The notes beneath the pieces were generated by a model that had not been told where the DNA came from, ran no database searches, and was given only the letters and a program-made list of their open reading frames with translations. A stretch of 64,000 nucleotides of DNA from Synchiropus picturatus (lineage: Eukaryota), in assembly GCA_044231675.1 (NCBI GenBank), contig CM094669.1, forward strand, positions 2,929,643 through 2,993,642, given 5' to 3'. Position 1 is the stretch's first letter, and every line of letters begins with the position of its first letter. Position numbers and translations under genes: made by a program. Below, piece by piece: positions 29,564 through 46,854 of the stretch.

Positions 29564-32500
29564 TCAGCAACAACAACTGCAGGCCGCGTCTGATTGGACG
29601 ATCTTGTGGAACGTTGTGCCAGCTCATTTATGATTGGCTATTCAAGGCCAGCGTTTGAACCGAGTTGGCGTTTGATTTAAAGATCACATTGCACGAGTTG
29701 GCGGAGTCACGCTAAAAGCAAGAACTACTACGCCCCCCTGGACTCAACGCAGTAATAAATGGAAGCATTAGATTTGTGTCCGTATAAGGTATTTAATTTA
29801 GATTTTAAAGTTTCAGTTTCATCTCTTCTGTCCACAACACTTTTGAGAAAACGTCACGTGTTTTGGTGAAAAACTAATTAGCGCCTCTATGATAAATACA
29901 AGGAGAGATGTGATAATAAAAAAGTTTAATTTCAATGTTTAATTGAACACTTATGAATATGTCACGTTTAGAATACGATGAAAAGGACAGTTTTTTTCAG
30001 CATGCATTTTATTTGTGAGTTCATGTTATGGAATAACTCATCTCCGTTTAATGACCGAGGTGAAGCCACCAGGCAGAACAACTTGTCTTCATGAGACAAA
30101 TGTTTTAAAAAATGAAATATTCCATAGGCCGACTGGCAATTGAAATGGCAGTGTTGGGAGGGACATGAATTTATGAACTGAGTTTGGTGGAAATGCATCA
30201 CGAATGGGAGCAGTGGAGCGAGTTCCGTCCATTAAGACCTCAGTTCAGGGTTTGTCTCACTGATGCAGGTATAGAGGGTTTGACCTCTGACCTCTCCTTG
30301 ACATTCAGCCACAGGTGAACCTGAGCTTGTGGCGTCTGTCCCCCCTATGATCCCTCCACTTTGGTTACCCCGGATTACAGCCGTGACCTTTGGGTTCCCG
30401 GTCGCCCCAATGTCCGCCGAGTTAATCCTTTTCTGTGAGACCTTTGTGTCTGATCTGTTGTGCGCATCTTCTGATCCGACCGTCAGTCAAGTCCAGACGC
30501 GTCCTCCCCCAGTGTGCTCCACTGCTGACCTCTGACCTGAGAGGGAAATGATTTGAGACAGTGGAACATCAAGACAAACAAATGAACACAAGCATCAGAA
30601 GGTAATGAGACTCTGGGCATGAGAGCAGATCAAACTGATGTTCAGTGCCTTGTTGACATCACAGTCCTAACATGCTCTGTTCCACAGACACACACGCACA
30701 CGCCAATGTTGATTGACACGTGATCACCACCGCCATGTTTACCCCCCCCCCACCCGCTTCCTGAAAGTGGACAATAAAGCAAACTTCCAGTAAGCCAGAT
30801 ACCTCCGTGAGTCCTGCCCGTCGCCGTGGTGACCACTAACAAACTGAGATCTCCCAACCCCCCCAGCTGACGTAAATGTAGCCAGTGAGGCTTCTGAAAT
30901 GCCTGTAGAGTTCAACAGCCCCCCTTTGTTCAGACCCCCCCGGCTCCGGTTCTTCTCCATAACTTGGTGGTCATTAATCGCACCCGGGCCGACGGTTCTG
31001 TAAAGTTCTGGACCAATGCCCCCACCCTCCCCGCCGCCCCCCCGCTGCAACACAGTTTACATTCCTTGCAGTTAATAAGTGTTCGATTCGTGGTGGGGGG
31101 TGAAGTGGACGCTCATCCGCGCGTGAACACCAGGGATTAGAAAATGATACAAGCAACATGATAGCTGCTTCGATTCAAACTTGTTAGCTTGCTAGCATGA
31201 CTCGCTCTTGAAGGTCTTTCAACAAGAAGCACATAACTCTTCAGTTTAGCATCACTGAAGGAGGACGGAAGTGCACCTGCCTGGTGGACAGGTGACAGGT
31301 CCATGAGCAATGGTTGACAGCAGCCTGGTGTTGCAGGTGATGTTTCATGTTGTTGTGAAGAGAATATTACACCGGAGCCCAACACTCTCTGGTTCTGATT
31401 CTGCGTAGCTCTTATGATGGCGGATCTTAAAAACCACCTGTATGTGTGTGTCGTGTGTACTTAGCAACCACGGTGCGACAGTCCAGCGTCAAGAATGCAA
31501 CGCTGTCGCTGTGGCGAAGTGTGAGCTTGTCACTGAGGCTGATGGATGTCAGATTATCTTCTCTTTGTTGTCCTGACAAAACACACACACATACACGCTC
31601 TTGCATACAATGACCTTTGTTCCGGCGTCGGCACGACGGCGACCAAACGGTCTGGTGAAGAAAGTTGCAGGGCCCGAGTCACACGGAGCCTGAGCGCTCC
31701 GGTCCACATCGCTCCGCTTCTGTGATGACTTGACTTGATGCTGGTTTTGAGGCTCGGAATTGGACCGAAGACACCTGTACCTGCTGCATTTCACTTGAAC
31801 TGACCTCTGAAATGTTCTGACCTTTGACCCCTGGACGCCCTCATCAGTTGAGCAGCTGCTGGGGAAGCCCCACCCTCTCCACCTTCGCCAGGTGAGGCAG
31901 CACATCACTGAGTGGGACGCTTGTTTTCACCTGTTGCCATGGAGAGCAGCCCAGTAACTCGGGTCATGCCCTCTTTGGTTTTCAGACAGACATGATTCAA
32001 GAGTAACTGTGTCCTTCTGAAAACCCGACCTCCCCCCCCCCCCCCCTTTTCCCCCCACTCACTAGCAATGTCACAATGTTGTCTTGTTTTTATTTTGTGT
32101 GTGGACCTGGACATGTCGTGCCTTCAGGTCTCAGGTGTGACGTGGAGCTCTGCGGGGTAGCAGCGGGTTTATGTTTCACCTGCTGGATCTTCTTACTGGA
32201 GTCCAGATCACCTGGATCAGGTTGCTCTCATCTGAGCCTCCACCATGACAATCATCACCAGCAGGAGCCTGACTGGGATCTGGGACCTCTGTGGGGGTGG
32301 TAGAAGGGGGTGTCATTTCCAGGAAAAGCTTCCCAAATGTCCATCATGGGGGTGATGCGGCAGACAGACCGTTGGGGGTCGTGGGCCGTTTTAAATTCCC
32401 CATATTAGCATGTGAGTGGCCAGGCTTTTCAGCGCTAACGTGAGCCACCTAGCTAATCTGCCACAGGGTCACTGGTGACCGCAGTGGTCTATGACGGGAT

Positions 32501-33090
32501 GATATACGGGCTGTGAGACACTGGTCCTGTGGGACCCTAGCAAGACCTCTCCGAGACCCAGTGAAGACCAGGACCTGACTCCTGCTGAGCCCAGACAAAG
32601 ACCTGAAAGAAAGACCGGTGACGACGACAGAGACCAGCAGGGAAACACAAACATAAATCTTGAGCAGACTGGGTGGTTTTCTGGAAGGATCTGACTAGGG
32701 GAGGGGGTTCCTGAGGGGGTGGGCTCAGAACAAGCACATGCAATAAAACTCAACTTTATTGTCCAAGAGAGTGAAAACAGCAGAGGAGGAGCGACGACAC
32801 GGCGGAACAAAAGTGTGTATGTGTGTGTTCTTACAGTCCCCTGTGTGTAGTCGGGTGGACATTTAGAACAAAGACCACATCCAGTTCTTGGCACTTGGAA
32901 AGTCAGCTGTGATTGACCCAAAGCTCTCACCGGGTCAGAACTGGACTAGGTCTCATGGAATCCCAACGTTCCTCACAACTGATATAAAGAGCATTTTGGC
33001 AAAAGAGGCAGTTCTGGTTCTGGTGTGTGAGGTCCACTGAATACAAAGTTCTGGAGATGAGGTTTCTCAGTTCGTAGGTCTGACCGTTCG

Positions 33091-35323
<2,233 letters not shown>

Positions 35324-35329
35324 GTCTCC

Positions 35330-36000
35330 TGTCCGGACACAAAAACGGCTCAGTCTCGGGACGATTCTATTCAAATGGCCGCGGTCAAGTGGCGCGTCTC
35401 TCACCTGCGAGGCGGCAGACAGGACCGAAACCGAGTCCGCACAAAGCTGCAGAACTTTCCTGAAACTCTGACGCACTTGGAGCGCACCTTTGAATCAGCC
35501 ACACTGAAACATCAATTAAAAATCATAAACTACATTAAGACGTAAAATGGAACTTTATCCTTCATCTCTGACGTCAAGATGAAGTTGTGGAACCTCGACC
35601 TTGAGTGATGTTAAGGTGATTAGATGTTGGAAACAGAACTCACCTGCAGTTGTTGGACCGGGCTGGATTCCGCTGCAGCTGGGCTGAAGTTCGGACGGGT
35701 CTGTGAGGGGGACGCGGGGCGGGGGGGTACTTTAATACCTGCAGCAGGAGGTTTGTCCGGTCACCCGGGAGACGGAACTGCCCTGTAAACAGTCCTCCGG
35801 CCTCTCATTGGCCCGCTGGTTTCTATGGTGATCCAGTGTCCTCGCGTTCCAGTACACATCCGCGCGCCCACATATCGAGTCCAAAACTATAATCTGCGAC
35901 CTCACACGATTGGGATCCGGATCGATGACAACAGCAGTTCGTGTTTGTCGTTCATTTAAAAAAAAAAAAATATGAACGGGAATTGATGTGATCACACGAT
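35330..36000. promoter_or_regulatory. Putative foxj1 5'UTR exon and promoter region. GC-rich, with a reverse CCAAT box (ctcATTGGcc at about 35805) and an imperfect RFX X-box-like gtttctatggtgatc at about 35822.
   Basis: Inferred from position 5' of the acceptor that precedes the foxj1 ATG. The motifs were read directly but are degenerate. Confidence 0.3.
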
Positions 36001-37416
36001 GCGGCCTGATGTTACGCCCTCTAGCGGTATGACCAAGGAGTGAACCAACACGATCAACACGATATTATTATTATTATCATTAATGTTCCATTAAATTACA
36101 CTTGGCTTTGCATACTTTCATGTGTTGTCACTTGTTTACATTTTTTTAAACGTTTCTGCGGCTCAAATCAACAACTTCTCTGTGTGTGTGTTTTTGCTGA
36201 TCAGCTGACTGTATCCGGTCACATGACTGCAGCCACACTTCAGCGCTGGAACACCGCAACAGTCGCCGCTGGACGAGACTCAGCGTTTGCGTCCCTTGTG
36301 TCGTGTGAACCGGGGACGTCCGAGGACGCTCGAAGGAAAAACTGTGAGTGAAGAGCGTTGCGCTACTGGTGTTTGATGTAATGCTCTTTCGACCCAGAAA
36401 GTTGTCTCGACTCCTCCTGCACTGTTGTTGAAGAGTGCACTAACTTTTGATCTGACGAAGAAGGTGAGGTCAACGAAGACCGTTATTCTACTCAAGCGGT
36501 TTAGTTTCACCGGAACAGCTCGCGGTGAAGACGTTGTTTGTCAACAACATCGTCGTGAAACAAATCGTCGTTGACACAGGAAAAACGGGCAGCTGCTGTG
36601 AGCAGAAGTGGTCAGTGATGCTGACGACCTCTGCTCAGCAGCTGCCCGTTGTTTTCCTCTAAAAACAACAGACGGTTGTTGGCAAACAGGGCGTCTTCAC
36701 CTCGAGCTGATGAAAATCTCTATTTACGTTGTTCAAGGCATCTGAGGTGATTCCAAAAATGTTTCGGTCGAGTTTTTGTTCCAGAATGATCACGATCAGC
36801 CGGCTGAGCCACGTCTTGTGACGTCACACCCCGGACTTGAACCGATGGACCCAAGTCCAACGTGAACTTTGAACCTGCAGTTTCCCAGTGGGATATTGGT
36901 CAGAACACTTCTGAACTGAGGCTTCGTTTCTCAGGGGACGTGTTCTGACCAACATTCCACTGGAACGAAGGGCTGCAGGCTCGCTTCCTCTGTTAGTCTT
37001 TTGATGCATTTCCCTGTGAGCTGTTGGGAAATGTCGAACCAAATAACAAGAGAAAATGGGCCCCAGAAGGAGCACTTTTCTCGTGCAGGGAAAAGGGCGC
37101 AGATAGGGGTCTAGCCGTGCACGTCCCTGCCGGTGACTAGAGTGAAAGTTATTCTATCAAACGGCTGAAAACCTCACAGTTCAGCGTGCCTTCACCAGGT
37201 GGTGATGGGCTCTGAAAGACGCCGGTCTGGCGGTTGAAACAGCGCCACCTTGTGATCCAATCTTCCCTTTTTCTCTTTCCAAACAATAGAAATGTGTAAT
37301 CTGCACGTTCAAATCTGACTTTGTACAACAGTACCTGATCTGACTTGAATTTGGAGGCATTATATTTTCACTTCTGCTTTTTACATTGTGTTGTTGCAGT
37401 GAAACTTCAGACCAAG

Positions 37417-39538
37417 ATGCCGTCTACAAAATCCAACTCTCCGATCACACAGTTTGTCAACTGTAAGATCCTGCGAGATCACAAGCTACTGAGGTACCAG
37501 TGTGCTGCACCAGACACCAGTTAGTGCGGCAGCTGAAGTGTGTGTGTGTGTGTGTAGGGAGGACTTGTGGGTGCGAGATGGGAAAATTCTGGACCCCCAG
37601 AAACTCTTCTTTGATGAGCACGGCTACGCCGACCAGCGGGTGGACTGCAAGAACCAGATCATCGCTCCCGGTTTTATAGACGTCCAGATTAACGGTACAC
37701 ACACACCCATCCCGGTTCAGCGGTGAGGACACGATCACATGACCCATGAACCTGTGCCGTCTGCTGCAGGGGGTTTCGGGTGGGACTTCTCTCAGGCCTC
37801 AGGGGACGTCACAACTGGAGTTTCTGAGGTGTCCAAAAAGATACTGGAGCACGGAGTCACGTCCTTCTGCCCGACACTGGTCACGTCTGCAGCCGAGGTC
37901 TACCACCAGGTGAGGGCCAGCACCGGCCCACACGAGGCCCCCTGTCTCACCTGGTGTCGCTGTTACAGGTTCTCCCTCAAGTCGAAGTCCGGAACGGAGG
38001 CAAGCATGGAGCTGGAGTTCTGGGTGAGGCATCATCTTCCAAGTCTCGGTGTTGGTTCTGACTCCTTAGGTCCTGGCAGGACTTCACCTGGAGGGTCCAT
38101 TCATCAACAAGAACAAGAAGGGGGCTCACGTGAGAGAGCACATCCGAACCTTCCAGTCCGGAGGCCTGGAGGACCTGCTGGAGGTCTATGGCAGCCTGGA
38201 CAACGTCACCATGGTGACGTTGGCGCCGGAGCTGGACCACGGGCAGGCGGCGGTGAAGGCGCTCAGCCAGAGGGGCGTGACCGTGTCCCTGGGTCAGTAA
38301 GTACAGTTGAGGGTCAGTCTGTGCTGCGGCCGCTGATCCTTGCGTCTCTGGCTCCCTCTGCAGGTCACTCAGAGGCCGACTTGGCGCAGGCTGAGGAAGC
38401 CGTCCAAGGCGGCGCCTCCTTCATCACGCACCTCTTCAACGCCATGTCTCCGGTGAGTGTCCGACCCGCCCAGCTGCCCGTCGTGCGGCTGGCTGACCTG
38501 GCTTGTGCTGTCCAGTTCCGCCACAGGGACCCAAGCATTGTGGGTTTGTTGGCGAGCGACCAGGTTCCGAAGGAACGGACAGTCTACTACGGAATGATTG
38601 CTGACGGGATTCACACTCACCCAGCTGCGCTGAAGATCGCTCACCGCACTCACCCTGACGGTCAGACCGCTGGCTCCCAGCGACTGTTGAACGGCAGGCG
38701 CGGGCTAACCTGGGTTTACAGGTCTGGTGTTGGTGACCGACGCCATCGCGGCCATGGGTCTCTCTGAGGGGCGGCACCGGCTGGGTGAGCAGGACATCGA
38801 GATCAAGGGACTCCAAGCATGTGTGGCTGGTGAGACCGCCGCTGGTGAAGACCAAGCGCAGCTCCACAGGAAGTGACATCACACTTGCGTTTCAGGAGAA
38901 GACACTCTGTGCGGGAGCATCGCTACCATGGACATGTGTGTCCGACACTTCCAAAAGGCCACAGGTGGGTTTTGGTGCCGGGAAGCTCAGGTCCTGGTCT
39001 CATTTGTTCTGGGCCTTGTGTGTCAGGTTGTTCCGAAGAGGTCGCCCTGGAAGCCGCTTCGCTGCACCCAGCCAGGCTCCTCAACCTCACGAACAAAGGA
39101 ACTCTGGACTTCGGTGCTGATGCAGGTCAGGGCGCCACCTAGTGTTGGCTGTCATTCACCAGTCCTCTATAGCAGCGTTTTTCAACCGGGTTGTCGGCTG
39201 GAGATAAGAGGTGGGCGATATGATGATATTAAATCATGAGAATGAGAAGGTGTTGAGGAGCAACCAAGGTGAGGAGATGATCCCATGGATTGGCTGCCAG
39301 TCTTTCTCTCCACTCTACTGTAGAGCTCCAGTGTGTTGATGCACTGATCAGCCTTGGTTCAGGACAAGGCTGCCGTGGATAGAAATGGGTTGATAAACAC
39401 TGTCCTGGAGGAGGTCTGTCAGGCTCCATTGCACTGGTTCAACTGTCTTGGTTTTCTTCTGCAGACCTGGTTCTGTTGGATGAGAAGCTCCACGTGAAAG
39501 CCACCTACATTTCTGGAGAAGAGGTCTGGAAGAAGTGA
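37417..39538 (+). CDS. amdhd2: N-acetylglucosamine-6-phosphate deacetylase (AMDHD2) ortholog, complete, 11 coding exons: 37417-37492, 37557-37694, 37770-37910, 37968-38023, 38071-38293, 38364-38452, 38515-38660, 38721-38830, 38895-38963, 39025-39124, 39464-39538. Coordinates are approximate to a few nt.
   Basis: Reads MPSTKSNSPITQFVNCKILRDHKLLR|EDLWVRDGKILDPQKLFFDE...APGFIDVQING|GFGWDFSQ...[54 protein letters not shown]...|...FITHLFNAMSP|FRHRDPSIVGLL...YGMIADGIHTHPAALKIAHRTHPDG|LVLVTDAIAAMGL...|...MDMCVRHF...|...LEAASLHPARLLNL..GTLDFGADA|DLVLLDEKLHVKATYISGEEVWKK*. It is collinear with remembered human AMDHD2 (...LAPGFIDVQINGGFGVDFSQ...[47 protein letters not shown]...). An AATAAA lies near 39832. 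Confidence 0.9.
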
Positions 39539-39926
39539 GGACCAGTGTGTCGCCCCGGCGAGTTACAGGAACCTGTTCCACTTCTGAATACAATTCACTC
39601 TTGAATGTTTGATATGAAAACATATCTGTGCGACTGTAGGGGGCGCCCTCCCCCCAGAACAAACTTCAAATCTCGCCTGGGGTTCACTCGGACTGGACCT
39701 GAGCAGCTCAGCTCTGAGTCTCTGCTGGACGCCCTCCACTGACCCTAGATCGTGGGTCGGCGACGATCAGTACTGACAAGTCACGGCAGGTTGTTGGTTG
39801 GATTCCAGGAGTTCTCATCTTTGATTTGAAATAAAAACTGGGATTTGTTTCTAACGACTGCTCCATCATCCTGTTGTTTATTCACCATCATCACGCACAG
39901 GTCAGTCATCTAGATAGGAACTGGGC

Positions 39927-41157
<1,231 letters not shown>

Positions 41158-42859
41158 TCCTGAGGTGTGTGCGTGTGTGAGGTGACCAGCTTTGAGAGGA
41201 TCATGTAGGCGGCGCTCCTGCAGCCACCTGTCGGTGGGGGGTGAAGAGGATCATCCTGCTGGACATCCAGACTCCGAGTCACAGAAAAGGAAGCAGAGCG
41301 AGTCAAGATGTCGTCCAGTGTTTGTTTATTTACTCGTGGTTCACTACTTTGTCTCTAAACATGTTTAAGAAATTCAAGTATTTTGTGGGAAACAAGTCAA
41401 AATAAAAACAAGAAAAAGCTAAAACAAGACGAAAACATTGTTCCATATTTTAAACTCTAAAACGCAGCAGGATTCCTCGACAGTCACTTTCAATGCATTC
41501 CTTAAAAACATCGCAACTTTTTTTGGTCGCAAGTTTGACACCTGATCATCTTCAGTTTCAGTCAAGCACAAAGAGTCACACCCAACCAGGCCAGACGGTT
41601 CTGGATTCAAACACAAAATCAAAGGTTTCTAAAGAAACAAAAGTGGAAACTTCAACTTTTGACCCCCAGTTAAACACAAACATTTACAACTCTGGTCCTG
41701 ACCGCTAGTTCCAGGTCAGGGACACCAGAGTGGCGCCACATGCTGGAGCTTCGGGTGAACTACAACTAAAACGACTTCACAACTTAGATACAGGAAGTGA
41801 GAACCAAACATTTTCAGACTCAGTCGTGTGACCGGCCAAACCTAATGCCAACCCACCAATCCCTGTGACACACGGCCCCCCTCCCAACAGGACTCCCATG
41901 GACCAGTACGAGAGGGTGGATATTCTGGTCAGTCCAGAACCTCAGGATGGGACTCGGAAGCTGAGGGTTCAGATGTTGCCACACTGGGAACCTCCAGTGC
42001 TGCAGATTCTATTGAAGGAACCAACTGTGGTTCGGATACCGCGTGAGCCATTTTGTTTCCAATGTGGGTCTGCAATGCCTGAACCCACTGGCCCACACCG
42101 GCGGATCCGTGAGGCTAAATCCCTGCAAGTGGTTTATTTCCAAACGTAATACTTGGCTCACACTGGTTCTTTTGTCACAGCACATGGAGACGACAGACGC
42201 TGAGGACCAAGGACCATGAACTGATGATGAGACCAGCAGGCGTGTGGGGAGCAGGAAGTTCACGTGTGACCACAGGTAGCAGCCCGGTGAACCCTCATTT
42301 GACCAGAACCACGTCAGTGTCTGTGATTTGGGGTCATGGAGGGGTCGTCATAACAATGGATGTTTGCCTCAGATGGGACCCGCGGGAACCTTCACTGAAC
42401 TTTAAAACAAGACAGCAGCATCTCTGCAAGCGTCACGAGGTAAAAACGTATGCGGAGGGCCGTCGCCAGCGTTTCCTGCGTCTCCCAGGAAACATGGCCA
42501 CCACCGTCCGACGCACGTGAGAAGTTAAAAACAAAGCCGCGCGCTGGGCGCGACATTGCACAACGTTGTGTTTGGAGTATCCAGAGGACAGCAGCTTGTG
42601 GAGAGGCGTGACGCGGCGCCCCCGGCTGGCTGCTACATGTGCTGCGTCGCGCGGTCGGTCAGAACCAGGTTTGAGCGGGGAACTATTGCACTGGACTGGA
42701 ATGGTCGGAACACAAGGTTTCTATTCTGGTCTCCTCCGTAGCAGCAGCGTCAGCACCGGGTACTCCAGCAGGGGGGGAACTCACATTGAGGTAAAACAGT
42801 TTCTGGGTTTGTCGGAACTAGTTTGGCCGGGTCCACTGCAACAAACCTCGCTGGACCCG

Positions 42860-45042
42860 AACAATATCCCGACCCCAACGCCGCCGCTTCATCTCTCCTC
42901 CTTCCTCGACACTTTAGACGAGTGCCACGCCGTCGACCTGCGAGGTCCGAGGGAAAGACGAGCTCAGGGCTGAGGTTCTACCTCATGAGTCATGTGACCA
43001 GATTGGCCGTTGGCTCACCTGATGAAGGTCTTGAAAGCAGCACTCTGGGGGTTGATGCACAGCGGGACGCGCTTCCCCTGCTGGTGCTCTGTGATGAAGC
43101 GGTGGATCAACTCTGCAGGGACAGAGAGGTCAGGTAGGGAAGCAGACGAATGAAGAGAAAGCCACCAGCCTCACCTTTGCCTTGCCAGACAGAGAGCAGA
43201 CTGTTCTCGTAGCTGTGACTGAACGGACGCTCGGCCACCGGCTCGAAGTCACGGGTGTAGACCCGCCCACTGGGGACAGAGTAGCAGCACTGGCACATGC
43301 AGGTGTGGTAGCGCAGCCGCCCTTCATCCAGGTAGGGGTGCGAGAGCGCGTCGCTGCCTGAGATCCTTTTGGCCTGCAGGAGAGGAGCGGTCACACTCTG
43401 GAGCTGCTCGCCTCACGCGCCACGGCAAAGGAACTTACCGGGTCAAACACAAGCATGCGACATAGCAGGTGGACCGCCTCGTGAGTTGCGCCGTCCGAGA
43501 GCATGTACAGCACCGACAGCGACGGCTGGGAATCAAACGCGCACACGCCATCAGTAACATGACTTTGAGGAGTGATGACTTGGTGTTCTGTTTCAGCGCC
43601 TGTATGGGTCAGGTCTTGGTGGATACGCACCGGCTTGTGTGGTCCTCTCAGGATGTGAGCTCTAGCGCCCTCACAGGCCAGTGACAGCGCCGACAGAGGA
43701 GGTGTCCCGAGCAGGTCCGTGATCAGATCCAACTGTAAACAGCCCGATGTCATTCAGGTTGGATGAGGAGCACCACAGCAACCATGAGAGCCGGGGCGGC
43801 ACAACTCACCTGCTGGATGGGACTCTGCGCCTGGAACAGGATCCGTCGCCCCAGCAACTCAGCGAAGATGCAGCCCACAGACCAGACGTCGATGGCCGAG
43901 CCGTAGTGACGACAGCCCATCAGAACCTCCGGAGCTCGGTAGTACTGGGTCACCACTTCCTGCGTCATGTGACGCGATGGGTCTGGCTCCTCCACACGGG
44001 CCAAGCCGAAGTCGCAGATCTGAACAGAGGCATGGGGATGAGGCTCGCAGGCCCAGAGAGAAGAAGCAAGAGTGATGTCTACCTTGAGTAAGCAGTTGCT
44101 GTTCACCAGCAGGTTTCCTGGTTTGATGTCTCGGTGCAGAATCCCGGCAGAGTGCAGATACTTTAACCCTGAGGAGACAAGAGACGTTCAGTGGACTGGA
44201 AGCCGGGACAGAGCCTGCTGGGTCGGCACCTCTCAGAATCTGGTACAGGAAGACCTTGATGTGGTCTGTGGTCAGCGGCTGAGGAGACACGATGACTTTG
44301 TGGAGGTCGCTCTGCATCAGCTCAGTGATCACGTATCTGCAGGGGGCGCTGTCAAGGAAAAGAAAGAAACTACAACCTGGGAGGTGTGGTCCACTACAAG
44401 GACCAGGTGGAGAAGAATATATGAAGGATACATTTCCTCAAAACAGTCGATCTGTGGTGGCTGCAGGATGTCCAGCGCTGACAAGACCTGCCAGAGAGAA
44501 GAGACCCGTCAGAACCTGCACAGAGCTGGAGAGAGTTGAGCCATGTCTTACGTTGTCATGCTTGAAGAAGCAGAGCATCCTCAGCTCTCGGAACACTCTC
44601 TTGCAGGACACCAGGTTCTGGAAGACGTTGGGCATTTTCTTCAGAGCGACTTTACGGCCGTCGCGTGGATCAGTAACGGACCTGTGACATGATCACATGA
44701 CATGTTTCCTTCCGTCTCTCTTGCGCAGACAATATCAGACAAGACAGTGCAACAGTGGATCCTCAGGAATAGAAAGATGACTCACCACACGACTCCAAAG
44801 GCTCCATAGCCGATGGGCCGATCTGGTTCCATCTCGGCAGGACTGGGCACCTCGCTGGCCGGGTTGCTGTAGGGCTGAGGCACCGCTGCTCCCCCTCCTG
44901 CGCTTCCACCGAGAGCGGTGGGGTGTCTCGGGGTCCCTGCAGGGGCGGGGGGGTCCGGTGAGGCAGGGTGTCGCACTGAGGCCAGTCGAGGGGGCTCCAC
45001 AGGAGTTGTTGACGCAAAAATACTTGTGACCCAGCTCAGCAC
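42860..45042 (-). CDS. nlk: Nemo-like kinase (NLK) ortholog. Kinase-domain exons traced at about 44787-45005 (A/P-rich N-terminal region ...[17 protein letters not shown]), 44213-44340, 44085-44165, 43807-44023, 43635-43736, 43440-43527, 43176-43375 and 43017-43112. A short, uncertain terminal exon lies near 42870-42900.
   Basis: Reads [13 protein letters not shown]|...[29 protein letters not shown]...[36 protein letters not shown]|[28 protein letters not shown]|[70 protein letters not shown]|[13 protein letters not shown]...|...[25 protein letters not shown]...|...[30 protein letters not shown]. It is near-identical to remembered human NLK. The 5' and 3' ends are not resolved (see findings). 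Confidence 0.85.
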
Positions 45043-46854
45043 CGGGAAACAAGTCGCCGCAGACAGCCGGTCTGCCAGTACCGTGGAACGCCATCCTGGT
45101 GTCCTGCAGCCGGAGAGGGGGGAGCGGTGCGCGCGAGGGCTTGTTGCCGGCTAAGATCGCAGGAAAAGCGGCTGTGGTCTGACCATGACACGCTGATTCC
45201 AATCAGAACTCAAAGGACGGCCCCGTCCAGTCCCGATGTGAACGATAAATGTCGTCTTCGTCACCGCTAAACGCTGAAAGTGGAAACACTTCGGGTTGTT
45301 TTCATTACTTTTATCAGCTCATCGAGCTTTGTTTGTAGCTCAGCTGTTAGCACGGCGGCACCGTTCACCACCAAAACAGAAGGGAATCCCAAACGAGAGC
45401 CTGGATCACAAACATCCGACCCCCAACAAGCCCCGAACCGAACCTCCCCGGTACTGTCCCTCGTCGACTTGAAGCTAAAATCCAGCCAGACGAGCAGCGA
45501 GCATCGGCGCTAACCAGCTGTTGATGATGCTAATGTGCTAAAGGAACGACGAGACCCCCAGAAGCATCAGTGACCTATATAGCTAAGAATAGCACACATT
45601 TGACGCAAAATCCCATCGAACAACAGAAATAACGATCCCAGTGGAGAGGATGTGACTCACAGAGAAAATAGGCCGCAGGAAATAAAAAAACTACTCGCGT
45701 TAAAAACTCGTTGACCAAGTCAGGGGATTAGCATGTTAGCATCCGTGAGCACTCGGCTGCCCGTCGGCGGCTTACGGCTTCGGTAACATAGACGTTGGCG
45801 TCTGGTATTGTTCTTGAAGAAAGATGGTCCTGTCGGTTCCGGATTCGGCTGTTCTGATGATAAACGTCGGTTTGTTATCGTCCACTCAGCGATGGAGGCT
45901 GATAGCGGGCTAAGCCGTGTAGCTGCCGGGGAGGAGGAGTTGGTGGGGGAGGGGAGGACCGTAAACATGCTAATGGTATTTAGCTTCTGACGTTTCGCAT
46001 CAACTTCTTCATCCGCAGTTGAGTCGGAACGACTCGGAGTGTTATTGTTGCTAACGCCCGAAGAGTTGTTGCCATGAAAGTCATCCACACCTGGTAAATA
46101 ATGGCCAACAGAATGACGCTGAATGAGAGAACAAACGTGTATTTCTGGTGTTGTGGCCGAGACGCGCTGACATCAGTGGCTTCTTCCTTGACCATTCGAG
46201 GACTTAGAATACTGTGTCCATCTTCTCAGTCTGGTCCGTCACACAGAATCACACACTGGACTGGAGGATCTCCTGAGCGCGCGACACTTGGTGTTTGACT
46301 CTTTATTAAACATCTATGGCCACAGACGCGCTTCACCATGGAAACTACAAATGATATGGATCTGGAGCATTGGACCAGAACCAGAAACAAGAGCAACAGA
46401 AGAAGAGTCCTTCACATTCATCTTTCAGCAGGAGAGTTCATCAGGCCGCTAGTAGAAGTCCAGACCTGAAACAGCCAGTCCAACTTGTACCGACGTCTGC
46501 AGCCCTGAAGTGCTTGTGTGTCTCGTGTGTGTGCGCGGATGTTATGAATCAAAATGGCGAAACTGCTAAAAAAAGGCTGATCAGAACTGCATTGATTGAA
46601 TTGGATCGATATACTTTCATGCCAGAGCAGACCCCGGGTCCTGTTGTGCAGAAGAACCAGGTTCTGAGGTGCGGCTGAGTCCAGTTTCCTCCATGTCTTC
46701 AGGTGTGGGTGGTTTGTGTGTAGAAGTCTGCGAGACAGACATTTCAGAACAGAAGCCAGACGCAACGACCCCTGTGTGTGAGAGCTCTCACGCACCTTGT
46801 CCGACTGCTGTTAGTCGCCATGTGTCACTGATAACCTTTGACCTCTTGAGCTTG

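Noticed and set aside
29700-32500. Scattered 60-120-aa ORFs in a region with poly-C/G tracts and (GT)n
   Set aside because: No splice-consistent structure and no family resemblance. Treated as intergenic sequence between ubald2 and the foxj1 3' end.
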